From Eukaryota sp. GEM-RC1 (Eukaryota): a stretch of DNA of 64,000 bases. Where the stretch lies: positions 496,001-560,000 of the forward strand of contig JAUFOQ010000013.1 in assembly GCA_040285855.1 (NCBI GenBank). The letters are read 5' to 3'. The notes below the pieces were generated by a model. That model had not been told where the DNA came from. It did not search any database and saw nothing but the letters and a program-made list of their open reading frames with translations. The position numbers and the translations under genes are program-made. How positions within the stretch are numbered: the stretch's first letter is position 1; each line of letters starts with the position of its first letter. Below, piece after piece: positions 48,463 to 60,563 of this stretch.

Positions 48463-49353
48463 TTAAAAATACATTCTATTTTTGTGTAGTGATTTTAACG
48501 ACTGTTGTGTTTGACTGTTGATTGAGTTGTTACCTAGATCGATCGCAGAAACTGAAGAATTCACCTTCAAAGCTTCAGCAATTGCAATAGCTCCTTCAAC
48601 ACCAATTGAGTTGAAACCTAGATTGATCTTAGAAACTGAAGAATTCACCTTCAACGCTTCAGCAATTGCAATAGCTCCTTCAACACCAATTGAGTTGAAA
48701 CCTAGATTGATCTTAGAAACTGAAGAATTTACCTTCAAAGCTTCAGCAATTGCAATAGCTCCTTCAGTACCAATTGAGTTGTTAAATAGATAAATCGTAG
48801 AAACTGAAGAATTCACCTTCAAAGCTTCAGCAATTGCAATAGCTCCTTCAGTACCAATTGAGTTCGCAATAGCTCCTTCAGGACCAATTGAGTTGTTATC
48901 TAGAAAAATCGTAGAAACTGAAGAATTCACCTTCAAAGCTTCAGCAATCGCAATAGCTCCTTCAGGACCAATTGAGTTGTTATCTAGAAAAATCGTAGAA
49001 ACTGAAGAATTCACCTTCAAAGCTTCAGCAATTGCAATAGCTCCTTCAACACCAATTGAGTTGAAACCTAGATTGATCTTAGAAACTGAAGAATTTACCT
49101 TCAAAGCTTCAGCAATTGCAATAGCTCCTTCAGTACCAATTGAGTTGTTAAATAGATAAATCTTAGAAACTGAAGAATTCACCTTCAAAGCTTCAGCAAT
49201 CGCAATAGCTCCTTCATTACCAATTGAGTTGTTATCTAGATAAATCGTAGAAACTGAAGAATTCACCTTCAAAGCTTCAGCCATTGCAATAGCTCCTTCA
49301 TTACCAATTGAGTTGTTATATAGATTGATCGTAGAACTCTCATTTCTCAACAT
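48463..49353 (-). CDS. LRR-only cassette ORF, 296 aa
   Basis: Intact, different module order. Confidence 0.7.
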   Translation of the reverse strand: MLRNESSTINLYNNSIGNEGAIAMAEALKVNSSVSTIYLDNNSIGNEGAIAIAEALKVNSSVSKIYLFNNSIGTEGAIAIAEALKVNSSVSKINLGFNSIGVEGAIAIAEALKVNSSVSTIFLDNNSIGPEGAIAIAEALKVNSSVSTIFLDNNSIGPEGAIANSIGTEGAIAIAEALKVNSSVSTIYLFNNSIGTEGAIAIAEALKVNSSVSKINLGFNSIGVEGAIAIAEALKVNSSVSKINLGFNSIGVEGAIAIAEALKVNSSVSAIDLGNNSINSQTQQSLKSLHKNRMYF

Positions 49354-49712
49354 TTCGTCTCAGCAATTTTAATAATGAAACTGTACATTGGTAATTCGAT
49401 GGTAAATGTACGGTATCATTTAACAATATTTCAGATACTAATAAATTTCTGTTGCTGTTGAGAACAATAGCAAAAGTACCAGTAAATAACGTGTGTTATT
49501 CACCAGGGTAGTATTTAAAATCTGTACTTGAACATCTGCTAAACTACTATGATATTTCACTCTGTCACGGAGTTTTGTTTGGGATAATGATTGTTCTGAG
49601 CTAAAGGATTTTTCAAGTGTGTATTATATTCACCGATTAATTATGGTACTTTTGATGAGAAATTAATTATGATTAATGACAAATGTGATTTTTATATACA
49701 ATGAAAACTTGT

Positions 49713-50717
49713 TTAAAAATACATTCTATTTTTGTGTAGTGATTTTAACGACTGTTGTGTTTGACTGTTGATTGAGTTGTTACCTAGATCGATCGCAGAA
49801 ACTGAAGAATTCACCTTCAAAGCTTCAGCAATTGCAATAGCTCCTTCAACACCAATTGAGTTGTAATCTAGATTGATCTTAGAAACTGAAGAATTCACCT
49901 TCAACGCTTCAGCAATTGCAATAGCTCCTTCAACACCAATTGAGTTGAAACCTAGATTGATCTTAGAAACTGAAGAATTTACCTTCAAAGCTTCAGCAAT
50001 TGCAATAGCTCCTTCAGTACCAATTGAGTTGTTAAATAGATAAATCGTAGAAACTGAAGAATTCACCTTCAAAGCTTCAGCAATTGCAATAGCTCCTTCA
50101 GTACCAATTGAGTTCGCAATAGCTCCTTCAGGACCAATTGAGTTGTTATCTAGAAAAATCGTAGAAACTGAAGAATTCACCTTCAAAGCTTCAGCAATCG
50201 CAATAGCTCCTTCAGGACCAATTGAGTTGTTATCTAGATAAATCGTAGAAACTGAAGAATTCACCTTCAAAGCTTCAGCAATTGCAATAGCTCCTTCATT
50301 ACCAATTGAGTTGTTCCATAGATAAATCTCAGAAACTGAAGAATTCACCTTCAAAGCTTCAGCAATTGCAATAGCTCCTTCATTACCAATTGAGTTGTCA
50401 CCTAGATAAATCTCAGAAACTGAAGAATTCACCTTCAAAGCTTCAGCAATTGCAATAGCTCCTTCAGGACCAATTGAGTTGTAACCTAGATCGAGCGTAG
50501 AAACTGAAGAATTCACCTTCAAAGCTTCAGCAATAGCTCCTTCATTACCAATTGAGTTGTCACCTAGATAAATCTCAGAAACTGAAGAATTCACCTTCAA
50601 AGCTTCAGCAATTGCAATAGCTCCTTCAGGACCAATTGAGTTGGTATATAGATTGATCGTAGAAACTGAAGAATTCACCCTTTCATCCTCAACAATTTTA
50701 ATAATGAAACTGTACAT
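49713..50717 (-). CDS. LRR-only cassette ORF, 334 aa
   Basis: Spacer-derived ATG in frame (MYSFIIKIVEDERVNSS). Confidence 0.7.
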   Translation of the reverse strand: MYSFIIKIVEDERVNSSVSTINLYTNSIGPEGAIAIAEALKVNSSVSEIYLGDNSIGNEGAIAEALKVNSSVSTLDLGYNSIGPEGAIAIAEALKVNSSVSEIYLGDNSIGNEGAIAIAEALKVNSSVSEIYLWNNSIGNEGAIAIAEALKVNSSVSTIYLDNNSIGPEGAIAIAEALKVNSSVSTIFLDNNSIGPEGAIANSIGTEGAIAIAEALKVNSSVSTIYLFNNSIGTEGAIAIAEALKVNSSVSKINLGFNSIGVEGAIAIAEALKVNSSVSKINLDYNSIGVEGAIAIAEALKVNSSVSAIDLGNNSINSQTQQSLKSLHKNRMYF

Positions 50718-51041
50718 TGGTAATTCGATGGTAAGTGTACAGTATAAATTAACAATATTTCAGATACTAATAAATTTCTGTTGTTGTTGAGAACAATAGG
50801 AAAAGTAGCAGTAAATAATGTGTGTTAGTCACCAGGGTATTACTTAAAATCTGTACTTGAACATCTGCTAAACTACTATGATATTTGACTCTGTCACGGA
50901 GTTTTGTTTGGGATAATGGTTGTTCTGAGCTAAATGATTTTTCAAGTGTGCATTACATTCACAGTTTAATTATGGTGCTTTTGATGAGAAATTAATTATG
51001 ATTAATGGAAAATGTGATTTTTATATGTAATGAAAACTTGT

Positions 51042-51770
51042 TTAAAAAGAGATTCTATTTTTGTGTAGTGATTTTAACGACTGCTGTGTTTGACTGTTGA
51101 TTGAGTTGTTACCTAGATCGATCGCAGAAACTGAAGAATTCACCTTCAAAGCTTCAGCAATTGCAATAGCTCCTTCATTACCAATTGAGTTGTTTCCTAG
51201 ATTGATCTTAGAAACTGAAGAATTCACCTTCAAAGCTTCAGCAATCGCAATAGCTCCTTCATTACCAATTGAGTTGTTATATAGATTGATCGTAGAAACT
51301 GAAGAATTCACCTTCAAAGCTTCAGCAATGGCAATAGCTCCTTCAGGACCAATTGAGTTGTAACCTAGATAAATCGTAGTAACTGAAGAATTCACCTTCA
51401 ACGCTTCAGCAATTGCAATAGCTCCTTCACTACCAATTGAGTTGTTACCTAGAGAAATCGTAGAAACTGAAGAATTCACCTTCAACGCTTCAGCAATTGC
51501 AATAGCTCCTTCACTACCAATTGAGTTGTTACCTAGAGAAATCGTAGAAACTGAAGAATTCACCTTCAACGCTTCAGCAATTGCAATAGCTCCTTCATTA
51601 CCAATTAAGTTGTTATATAGATTGATCTTAGAAACTGAAGAATTCACCTTCAAAGCTTCAGCAATCGCAATAGCTCCTTCATTACCAATTGAGTTGTTAT
51701 ATAGATAAATCGCAGAAACTGAAGAATTCACCCTTTCATCCTCAACAATTTTAATAATGAAACTGTACAT
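51042..51770 (-). CDS. LRR-only cassette ORF, 242 aa
   Basis: MYSFIIKIVEDERVNSS..KNRISF. Confidence 0.7.
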   Translation of the reverse strand: MYSFIIKIVEDERVNSSVSAIYLYNNSIGNEGAIAIAEALKVNSSVSKINLYNNLIGNEGAIAIAEALKVNSSVSTISLGNNSIGSEGAIAIAEALKVNSSVSTISLGNNSIGSEGAIAIAEALKVNSSVTTIYLGYNSIGPEGAIAIAEALKVNSSVSTINLYNNSIGNEGAIAIAEALKVNSSVSKINLGNNSIGNEGAIAIAEALKVNSSVSAIDLGNNSINSQTQQSLKSLHKNRISF

Positions 51771-52094
51771 TTGTAATTCGATGGTCAGTGTACAGTATAA
51801 ATTAACAATATTTCAGATACTAATAAATTTCTGTTGTTGTTGAGAACAATAGGAAAAGTAGCAGTAAATAATGTGTGTTAGTCACCAGGGTATTACTTAA
51901 AATCTGTACTTGAACATCTGCTAAACTAGTATGATATTTGACTCTGTCACGGAGTTTTGTTTGGGATAATGGTTGTTCTGAGCTAAATGATTTTTCAAGT
52001 GTGCATTACATTCACAGTTTAATTATGGTGCTTTTGATGAGAAATTAATTATGATTAATGGAAAATGTGATTTTTATATGTAATGAAAACTTGT

Positions 52095-53687
52095 TTAAAA
52101 AGAGATTCTATTTTTGTGTAGTGATTTTAACGACTGCTGTGTTTGACTGTTGATTGAGTTGTTTCCTAGATTGATCTTAGAAACTGAAGAATTCACCTTC
52201 AAAGCTTCAGCAATTGCAATAGCTCCTTCAGGACCAATTGAGTTGTTATATAGATAAATCGTAGAAACTGAAGAATTCACCTTCAAAGCTTCAGCAATTG
52301 CAATAGCTCCTTCATCACCAATTGAGTTGTTTCCTAGATAAATCTTAGAAACTGAAGAATTCACCTTCAACGCTTCAGCAATTGCAATAGCTCCTTCATT
52401 ACCAATTGAGTTGTTTCCTAGATAAATCTTAGAAACTGAAGAATTCACCTTCAACGCTTCAGCAATTGCAATAGCTCCTTCATTACCAATTGAGTTGTTA
52501 TATAGATAAATCGCAGAAACTGAAGAATTCACCTTCAAAGCTTCAGCAATCGCAATAGCTCCTTCATTACCAATTGAGTTGTTATATAGATTGATCGTAG
52601 AAACTGAAGAATTTACCTTCAACGCTTCAGCAATTGCAATAGCTCCTTCAACACCAATTGAGTTGAAACCTAGATTGATCTTAGAAACTGAAGAATTCAC
52701 CTTCAAAGCTTCAGCAATTGCAATAGCTCCTTCAGTACCAATTGAGTTGTTAAATAGATAAATCGTAGAAACTGAAGAATTCACCTTCAAAGCTTCAGCA
52801 ATTGCAATAGCTCCTTCAGTACCAATTGAGTTCGCAATAGCTCCTTCAGGACCAATTGAGTTGTTATCTAGAAAAATCGTAGAAACTGAAGAATTCACCT
52901 TCAAAGCTTCAGCAATCGCAATAGCTCCTTCAGGACCAATTGAGTTGTTATCTAGAAAAATCGTAGAAACTGAAGAATTCACCTTCAAAGCTTCAGCAAT
53001 TGCAATAGCTCCTTCAACACCAATTGAGTTGAAACCTAGATTGATCTTAGAAACTGAAGAATTCACCTTCAAAGCTTCAGCAATTGCAATAGCTCCTTCA
53101 TTACCAATTGAGTTGTTATATAGATAAATCGTAGAAACTGAAGAATTCACCTTCAAAGCTTCAGCAATTGCAATAGCTCCTTCAGTACCAATTGAGTTCG
53201 CAATAGCTCCTTCAGGACCAATTGAGTTGTTATCTAGAAAAATCGTAGAAACTGAAGAATTCACCTTCAAAGCTTCAGCAATCGCAATAGCTCCTTCAGG
53301 ACCAATTGAGTTGTTATCTAGAAAAATCGTAGAAACTGAAGAATTCACCTTCAAAGCTTCAGCAATTGCAATAGCTCCTTCAACACCAATTGAGTTGAAA
53401 CCTAGATTGATCTTAGAAACTGAAGAATTCACCTTCAAAGCTTCAGCAATTGCAATAGCTCCTTCATTACCAATTGAGTTGTTATATAGATAAATCGTAG
53501 AAACTGAAGAATTCATCTTCAAAGCTTCAGCCATTGCAATAGCTCCTTCAGTACCAATTGAGTTGTTATATAGATAAATCGTAGAAACTGAAGAATTCAT
53601 CTTCAAAGCTTCAGCCATTGCAATAGCTCCTTCAGTACCAATTGAGTTGTTATATAGATTGATCGTAGAACTCTTATTTCTCAACAT
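52095..53687 (-). CDS. LRR-only cassette ORF, 530 aa (longest)
   Basis: Contains an internal block duplication with 366-bp period. Confidence 0.7.
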   Translation of the reverse strand: MLRNKSSTINLYNNSIGTEGAIAMAEALKMNSSVSTIYLYNNSIGTEGAIAMAEALKMNSSVSTIYLYNNSIGNEGAIAIAEALKVNSSVSKINLGFNSIGVEGAIAIAEALKVNSSVSTIFLDNNSIGPEGAIAIAEALKVNSSVSTIFLDNNSIGPEGAIANSIGTEGAIAIAEALKVNSSVSTIYLYNNSIGNEGAIAIAEALKVNSSVSKINLGFNSIGVEGAIAIAEALKVNSSVSTIFLDNNSIGPEGAIAIAEALKVNSSVSTIFLDNNSIGPEGAIANSIGTEGAIAIAEALKVNSSVSTIYLFNNSIGTEGAIAIAEALKVNSSVSKINLGFNSIGVEGAIAIAEALKVNSSVSTINLYNNSIGNEGAIAIAEALKVNSSVSAIYLYNNSIGNEGAIAIAEALKVNSSVSKIYLGNNSIGNEGAIAIAEALKVNSSVSKIYLGNNSIGDEGAIAIAEALKVNSSVSTIYLYNNSIGPEGAIAIAEALKVNSSVSKINLGNNSINSQTQQSLKSLHKNRISF

Positions 53688-54046
53688 TTCGTCTCAACAA
53701 TTTTAATAATGAAACTGTACATTGGTAATTCGATGGTAAATGTACGGTATCATTTAATAATATTTCAGATACTAATAAATTTCTGTTGCTGTTGAGAACA
53801 ATAGCAAAAGTACCAGTAAATAACGTGTGTTATTCACCAGGGTAGTATTTAAAATCTGTACTTGAACATCTGCTAAACTACTATGATATTTCACTCTGTC
53901 ACGGAGTTTTGTTTGGGATAATGATTGTTCTGAGCTAAAGGATTTTTCAAGTGTGTATTATATTGACCGATTAATTATGGTACTTTTGATGAGAAATTAA
54001 TTATGATTAATGACAAATGTGATTTTTATATACAATGAAAACTTGT

Positions 54047-54741
54047 TTAAAAATACTTTCTATTTTTGTGTAGTGATTTTAACGACTGTTGTGTTTGACT
54101 GTTGATTGAGTTGTTACCTAGAAAAATCGTAGAAACTGAAGAATTCACCTTCAAAGCTTCAGCAATCGCAATAGCTCCTTCATTACCAATTGAGTTTTCA
54201 GCTAGATAAATCTCAGAAACTGAAGAATTCACCTTCAAAGCTTCAGCAATTGCAATAGCTCCTTCATTACCAATTGAGTTGGTCCATAGATTGATCGTAG
54301 AAACTGAAGAATTCACCTTCAAAGCTTCAGCAATTGCAATAGCTCCTTCATTACCAATTGAGTTGTAATCTAGATCGATCCTAGAAACTGAGGAATTCAC
54401 CTTCAAAGCTTCAGCAATTGCAATAGCTCCTTCAGGACCAATTGAGTTGGTCCATAGATTGATCGTAGAAACTGAAGAATTCACCTTCAAAGATTCAGCA
54501 ATTGCAATAGCTCCTTCAGGACCAATTGAGTTGTTATCTAGATGGATCGTAGAAACTGAAGAATTCACCTTCAAAGCTTCAGCAATTGCAATAGCTCCTT
54601 CATTACCAATTGAGTTGTTATATAGATAAATCTCAGAAACTGAAGAATTCACCTTCAAAGCTTCAGCAATTGCAATAGCTCCTTCATTACCAATTGAGTT
54701 GTAATCTAGATTGATCGTAGAAACCTCATATTTCTCACCAT
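54047..54741 (-). pseudogene. LRR cassette of array-1 type, no in-frame ATG
   Basis: Carries the aaat-at-gag 2-bp insertion; KNRKYF end. Confidence 0.8.
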
Positions 54742-55101
54742 TTCATCTCAACAATTTTAATAATGAAACTGTACATTGGGAATTCGATGGTAAATGTATA
54801 GTAGAAATTAACAATTCTTCAGATACTAATAAAGTTCTGTTGTTGTTGTGAACAATAACAAAAGTACCAGTAAATAACGTGTGTTATTCATTAGGGCAGT
54901 ATTTAAAATCTGTACTTGAACATCTGCTAAACTACTATGATATTTGACTCTGTCACGGAGTTTTGTTTGGGATAATGTTTGTTCTGAGCAAAATGATTTT
55001 TCAAGTGTGTATTATATTCACCGATTAATTATGGGACTTTTGATGAGAAATTAATTATGATTAATGACAAATGTTATTTTTTATATACAATGAAAACTTG
55101 T

Positions 55102-55878
55102 TTAAAAATCCATTCTATTTTTGTGTAGTGATTTTAACGACTGTTGTGTTTGACTGTTGATTGAGTTGTTATCTAGAAAAATCGTAGAAACTGAAGAATT
55201 CACCTTCAAAGCTTCAGCAATCGCAATAGCTCCTTCATTACCAATTGAGTTGTTACATAGATAAATCTGAGAAACTGAAGCATTCACCTTCAAAGCTTCA
55301 GCAATTGCAAAAGCTCCTTCATTACCAATTGAGTTGGTCCATAGATTGATCGTAGAAACTGAAGAATTCACCTTCAAAGATTCAGCAATTGCAATAGCTC
55401 CTTCAGGACCAATTGAGTTGTTATCTAGATGGATCGTAGAAACTGAAGAATTCACCTTCAAAGCTTCAGCAATTGCAATAGCTCCTTCATTACCAATTGA
55501 GTTGTTATATAGATAAATCTCAGAAACTGAAGAATTCACCTTCAAAGCTTCAGCAATTGCAATAGCTCCTTCATTACCAATTGAGTTGGTACATAGATTG
55601 ATCGTAGAAACTGAAGAATTGACCTTCAAAGATTCAGCAATTGCAATAGCTCCTTCAGTACCAATTGAGTTGTTAAATAGATAAATCTTAGAAACTGAAG
55701 AATTCACCTTCAAAGCTTCAGCAATTGCAATAGCTCCTTCATTACCAATTGAGTTGTTATATAGATAAATCGTAGAAACTGAAGAATTCACCTTCAAAGC
55801 TTCAGCCATTGCAATAGCTCATTCAGTACCAATTGAGTTGTTATATAGATTGATCGTAGAACTCTCATTTCTCAACAT
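55102..55878 (-). pseudogene. Chimeric LRR cassette with a nonsense codon in the first repeat and a TRIM1-type KNRMDF end
   Basis: GGA>TGA at about 55820; the downstream frame is open for 235 aa. Confidence 0.8.
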
Positions 55879-56237
55879 TTCGTCTCAACAATTTTAATAA
55901 TGAAACTGTACATTGGTAATTCGATGGTAAATGTACGGTATCATTTAACAATATTTCAGATACTAATAAATTTCTGTTGCTGTTGAGAACAATAGCAAAA
56001 GTACCAGTAAATAACGTGTGTTATTCACCAGGGTAGTATTTAAAATCTGTACTTGAACATCTGCTAAACTACTATGATATTTCACTCTGTCACGGAGTTT
56101 TGTTTGGGATAATGATTGTTCTGAGCTAAAGGATTTTTCAAGTGTGTATTATATTCACCGATTAATTATGGTACTTTTGATGAGAAATTAATTATGATTA
56201 ATGACAAATGTGATTTTTATATACAATGAAAACTTGT

Positions 56238-56876
56238 TTAAAAATACATTCTATTTTTGTGTAGTGATTCTAACGACTGTTGTGTTTGACTGTTGATTGA
56301 GTTGTTACCTAGATCGATCGCAGAAACTGAAGAATTCACCTTCAAAGCTTCAGCAATTGCAATAGCTCCTTCAACACCAATTGAGTTGTAATCTAGATTG
56401 ATCTTAGAAACTGAAGAATTCACCTTCAACGCTTCAGCAATTGCAATAGCTCCTTCAACACCAATTGAGTTGAAACCTAGATTGATCTTAGAAACTGAAG
56501 AATTTACCTTCAAAGCTTCAGCAATTGCAATAGCTCCTTCAGTACCAATTGAGTTGTTAAATAGATAAATCGTAGAAACTGAAGAATTCACCTTCAAAGC
56601 TTCAGCAATTGCAATAGCTCCTTCAGTACCAATTGAGTTCGCAATAGCTCCTTCAGGACCAATTGAGTTGTTATCTAGAAAAATCGTAGAAACTGAAGAA
56701 TTCACCTTCAAAGCTTCAGCAATTGCAATAGCTCCTTCATTACCAATTGAGTTGTTATATAGATAAATCGTAGAAACTGAAGAATTCACCTTCAAAGCTT
56801 CAGCCATTGCAATAGCTCCTTCAGTACCAATTGAGTTGTTATATAGATTGATCGTAGAACTCTCATTTCTCAACAT
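56238..56876 (-). CDS. LRR-only cassette ORF, 212 aa
   Basis: Intact. Confidence 0.7.
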   Translation of the reverse strand: MLRNESSTINLYNNSIGTEGAIAMAEALKVNSSVSTIYLYNNSIGNEGAIAIAEALKVNSSVSTIFLDNNSIGPEGAIANSIGTEGAIAIAEALKVNSSVSTIYLFNNSIGTEGAIAIAEALKVNSSVSKINLGFNSIGVEGAIAIAEALKVNSSVSKINLDYNSIGVEGAIAIAEALKVNSSVSAIDLGNNSINSQTQQSLESLHKNRMYF

Positions 56877-57234
56877 TTCGTCTCAACAATTTTAATAATG
56901 AAACTGTACATTGGTAATTCGATGGTAAATGTACGGTATCATTTAACAATATTTCAGATACTAATAAATTTCTGTTGCTGTTGAGAACAATAGCAAAGTA
57001 CCAGTAAATAACGTGTGTTATTCACCAGGGTAGTATTTAAAATCTGTACTTGAACATCTGCTAAACTACTATGATATTTCACTCTGTCACGGAGTTTTGT
57101 TTGGGATAATGATTGTTCTGAGCTAAAGGATTTTTCAAGTGTGTATTATATTCACCGATTAATTATGGTACTTTTGATGAGAAATTAATTATGATTAATG
57201 ACAAATGTGATTTTTATATACAATGAAAACTTGT

Positions 57235-57873
57235 TTAAAAATACATTCTATTTTTGTGTAGTGATTTTAACGACTGTTGTGTTTGACTGTTGATTGAGTT
57301 GTTACCTAGATCGATCGCAGAAACTGAAGAATTCACCTTCAAAGCTTCAGCAATTGCAATAGCTCCTTCAACACCAATTGAGTTGTAATCTAGATTGATC
57401 TTAGAAACTGAAGAATTCACCTTCAACGCTTCAGCAATTGCAATAGCTCCTTCAACACCAATTGAGTTGAAACCTAGATTGATCTTAGAAACTGAAGAAT
57501 TTACCTTCAAAGCTTCAGCAATTGCAATAGCTCCTTCAGTACCAATTGAGTTGTTAAATAGATAAATCGTAGAAACTGAAGAATTCACCTTCAAAGCTTC
57601 AGCAATTGCAATAGCTCCTTCAGTACCAATTGAGTTCGCAATAGCTCCTTCAGGACCAATTGAGTTGTTATCTAGAAAAATCGTAGAAACTGAAGAATTC
57701 ACCTTCAAAGCTTCAGCAATCGCAATAGCTCCTTCAGGACCAATTGAGTTGTTATCTAGATAAATCGTAGAAACTGAAGAATTCACCTTCAAAGCTTCAG
57801 CCATTGCAATAGCTCCTTCATTACCAATTGAGTTGTTATATAGATTGATCGTAGAACTCTCATTTCTCAACAT
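57235..57873 (-). CDS. LRR-only cassette ORF, 212 aa
   Basis: Intact. Confidence 0.7.
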   Translation of the reverse strand: MLRNESSTINLYNNSIGNEGAIAMAEALKVNSSVSTIYLDNNSIGPEGAIAIAEALKVNSSVSTIFLDNNSIGPEGAIANSIGTEGAIAIAEALKVNSSVSTIYLFNNSIGTEGAIAIAEALKVNSSVSKINLGFNSIGVEGAIAIAEALKVNSSVSKINLDYNSIGVEGAIAIAEALKVNSSVSAIDLGNNSINSQTQQSLKSLHKNRMYF

Positions 57874-58231
57874 TTCGTCTCAACAATTTTAATAATGAAA
57901 CTGTACATTGGTAATTCGATGGTAAATGTACGGTATCATTTAACAATATTTCAGATACTAATAAATTTCTGTTGCTGTTGAGAACAATAGCAAAGTACCA
58001 GTAAATAACGTGTGTTATTCACCAGGGTAGTATTTAAAATCTGTACTTGAACATCTGCTAAACTACTATGATATTTCACTCTGTAACGGAGTTTTGTTTG
58101 GGATAATGATTGTTCCGAGCTAAAGGATTTTTCAAGTGTGTATTATATTCACCGATTAATTATGGTACTTTTGATGAGAAATTAATTATGATTAATGACA
58201 AATGTGATTTTTATATACAATGAAAACTTGT

Positions 58232-59404
58232 TTAAAAATACATTCTATTTTTGTGTAGTGATTTTAACGACTGTTGTGTTTGACTGTTGATTGAGTTGTT
58301 ACCTAGATCGATCGCAGAAACTGAAGAATTCACCTTCAACGCTTCAGCAATTGCAATAGCTCCTTCAACACCAATTGAGTTGTAATCTAGATTGATCTTA
58401 GAAACTGAAGAATTCACCTTCAACGCTTCAGCAATTGCAATAGCTCCTTCAACACCAATTGAGTTGAAACCTAGATTGATCTTAGAAACTGAAGAATTTA
58501 CCTTCAAAGCTTCAGCAATTGCAATAGCTCCTTCAGTACCAATTGAGTTGTTAAATAGATAAATCGCAGAAACTGAAGAATTCACCTTCAAAGCTTCAGC
58601 AATTGCAATAGCTCCTTCAGTACCAATTGAGTTCGCAATAGCTCCTTCAGGACCAATTGAGTTGATATCTAGAAAAATCGTAGAAACTGAAGAATTCACC
58701 TTCAAAGCTTCAGCAATCGCAATAGCTCCTTCAGGACCAATTGAGTTCGCAATAGCTCCTTCAGGACCAATTGAGTTGATATCTAGAAAAATCGTAGAAA
58801 CTGAAGAATTCACCTTCAAAGCTTCAGCAATCGCAATAGCTCCTTCAGGACCAATTGAGTTGTTATCAAGAAAAATCGTAGAAACTGAAGAATTCACCTT
58901 CAAAGCTTCAGCAATCGCAATAGCTTCTTCAACACCAATTGAGTTGAAACCTAGATAAATCTCAGAAACTGAAGAATTCACCTTCAAAGATTCAGCAATT
59001 GCAATAGCTCCTTCATTACCAATTGAGTTGTTCCTTAGATCGATCGTAGAAACTGAAGAATTCACCTTCAAAGATTCAGCAATTGTAATAGCTCCTTCAG
59101 GACCAATTGAGTTGTTATCTAGATAAATCTCAGAAACTGAAGAATTCACCTTCAAAGCTTCAGCAATTGCAATAGCTCCTTCATTACCAATTGAGTTGTT
59201 TCCTAGATAAATCTCAGAAACTGAAGAATTCACCTTCAAAGCTTCAGCAATCGCAATAGCTCCTTCAGGACCAATTGAGTTGTTATCTAGATAAATCGTA
59301 GAAACTGAAGAATTCACCTTCAAAGCTTCAGCCATTGCAATAGCTCCTTCATTACCAATTGAGTTGTTATATAGATTGATCGTAGAACTCTCATTTCTCA
59401 ACAT
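58232..59404 (-). CDS. LRR-only cassette ORF, 390 aa
   Basis: Intact. Confidence 0.7.
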   Translation of the reverse strand: MLRNESSTINLYNNSIGNEGAIAMAEALKVNSSVSTIYLDNNSIGPEGAIAIAEALKVNSSVSEIYLGNNSIGNEGAIAIAEALKVNSSVSEIYLDNNSIGPEGAITIAESLKVNSSVSTIDLRNNSIGNEGAIAIAESLKVNSSVSEIYLGFNSIGVEEAIAIAEALKVNSSVSTIFLDNNSIGPEGAIAIAEALKVNSSVSTIFLDINSIGPEGAIANSIGPEGAIAIAEALKVNSSVSTIFLDINSIGPEGAIANSIGTEGAIAIAEALKVNSSVSAIYLFNNSIGTEGAIAIAEALKVNSSVSKINLGFNSIGVEGAIAIAEALKVNSSVSKINLDYNSIGVEGAIAIAEALKVNSSVSAIDLGNNSINSQTQQSLKSLHKNRMYF

Positions 59405-59763
59405 TTCGTCTCAACAATTTTAATAATGAAACTGTACATTGGTAATTCGATGGTAAATGTACGGTATCATTTAACAATATTTCAGATACTAATAAATTTC
59501 TGTTGCTGTTGAGAACAATAGCAAAAGTACCAGTAAATAACGTGTGTTATTCACCAGGGTAGTATTTAAAATCTGTACTTGAACATCTGCTAAACTACTA
59601 TGATATTTCACTCTGTAACGGAGTTTTGTTTGGGATAATGATTGTTCCGAGCTAAAGGATTTTTCAAGTGTGTATTATATTCACCGATTAATTATGGTAC
59701 TTTTGATGAGAAATTAATTATGATTAATGACAAATGTGATTTTTATATACAATGAAAACTTGT

Positions 59764-60204
59764 TTAAAAATACATTCTATTTTTGTGTAGTGATTTTAAC
59801 GACTGTTGTGTTTGACTGTTGATTGAGTTGTTACCTAGATCGATCGCAGAAACTGAAGAATTCACCTTCAACACTTCAGCAATTGCAATAGCTCCTTCAA
59901 CACCAATTGAGTTGTAATCTAGATTGATCTTAGAAACTGAAGAATTCACCTTCAACGCTTCAGCAATTGCAATAGCTCCTTCAACACCAATTGAGTTGAA
60001 ACCTAGATTGATCTTAGAAACTGAAGAATTTACCTTCAAAGCTTCAGCAATTGCAATAGCTCCTTCAGTACCAATTGAGTTGTTAAATAGATAAATCGCA
60101 GAAACTGAAGAATTCACCTTCAAAGCTTCAGCAATTGCAATAGCTCCTTCATTACCAATTGAGTTGTTATATAGATTGATCGTAGAACTCTCATTTCTCA
60201 ACAT
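59764..60204 (-). CDS. LRR-only cassette ORF, 146 aa
   Basis: Intact. Confidence 0.7.
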   Translation of the reverse strand: MLRNESSTINLYNNSIGNEGAIAIAEALKVNSSVSAIYLFNNSIGTEGAIAIAEALKVNSSVSKINLGFNSIGVEGAIAIAEALKVNSSVSKINLDYNSIGVEGAIAIAEVLKVNSSVSAIDLGNNSINSQTQQSLKSLHKNRMYF

Positions 60205-60563
60205 TTCGTCTCAACAATTTTAATAATGAAACTGTACATTGGTAATTCGATGGTAAATGTACGGTATCATTTAACAATATTTCAGATACTAATAAATTTC
60301 TGTTGCTGTTGAGAACAATAGCAAAAGTACCAGTAAATAACGTGTGTTATTCACCAGGGTAGTATTTAAAATCTGTACTTGAACATCTGCTAAACTACTA
60401 TGATATTTCACTCTGTAACGGAGTTTTGTTTGGGATAATGATTGTTCCGAGCTAAAGGATTTTTCAAGTGTGTATTATATTCACCGATTAATTATGGTAC
60501 TTTTGATGAGAAATTAATTATGATTAATGACAAATGTGATTTTTATATACAATGAAAACTTGT

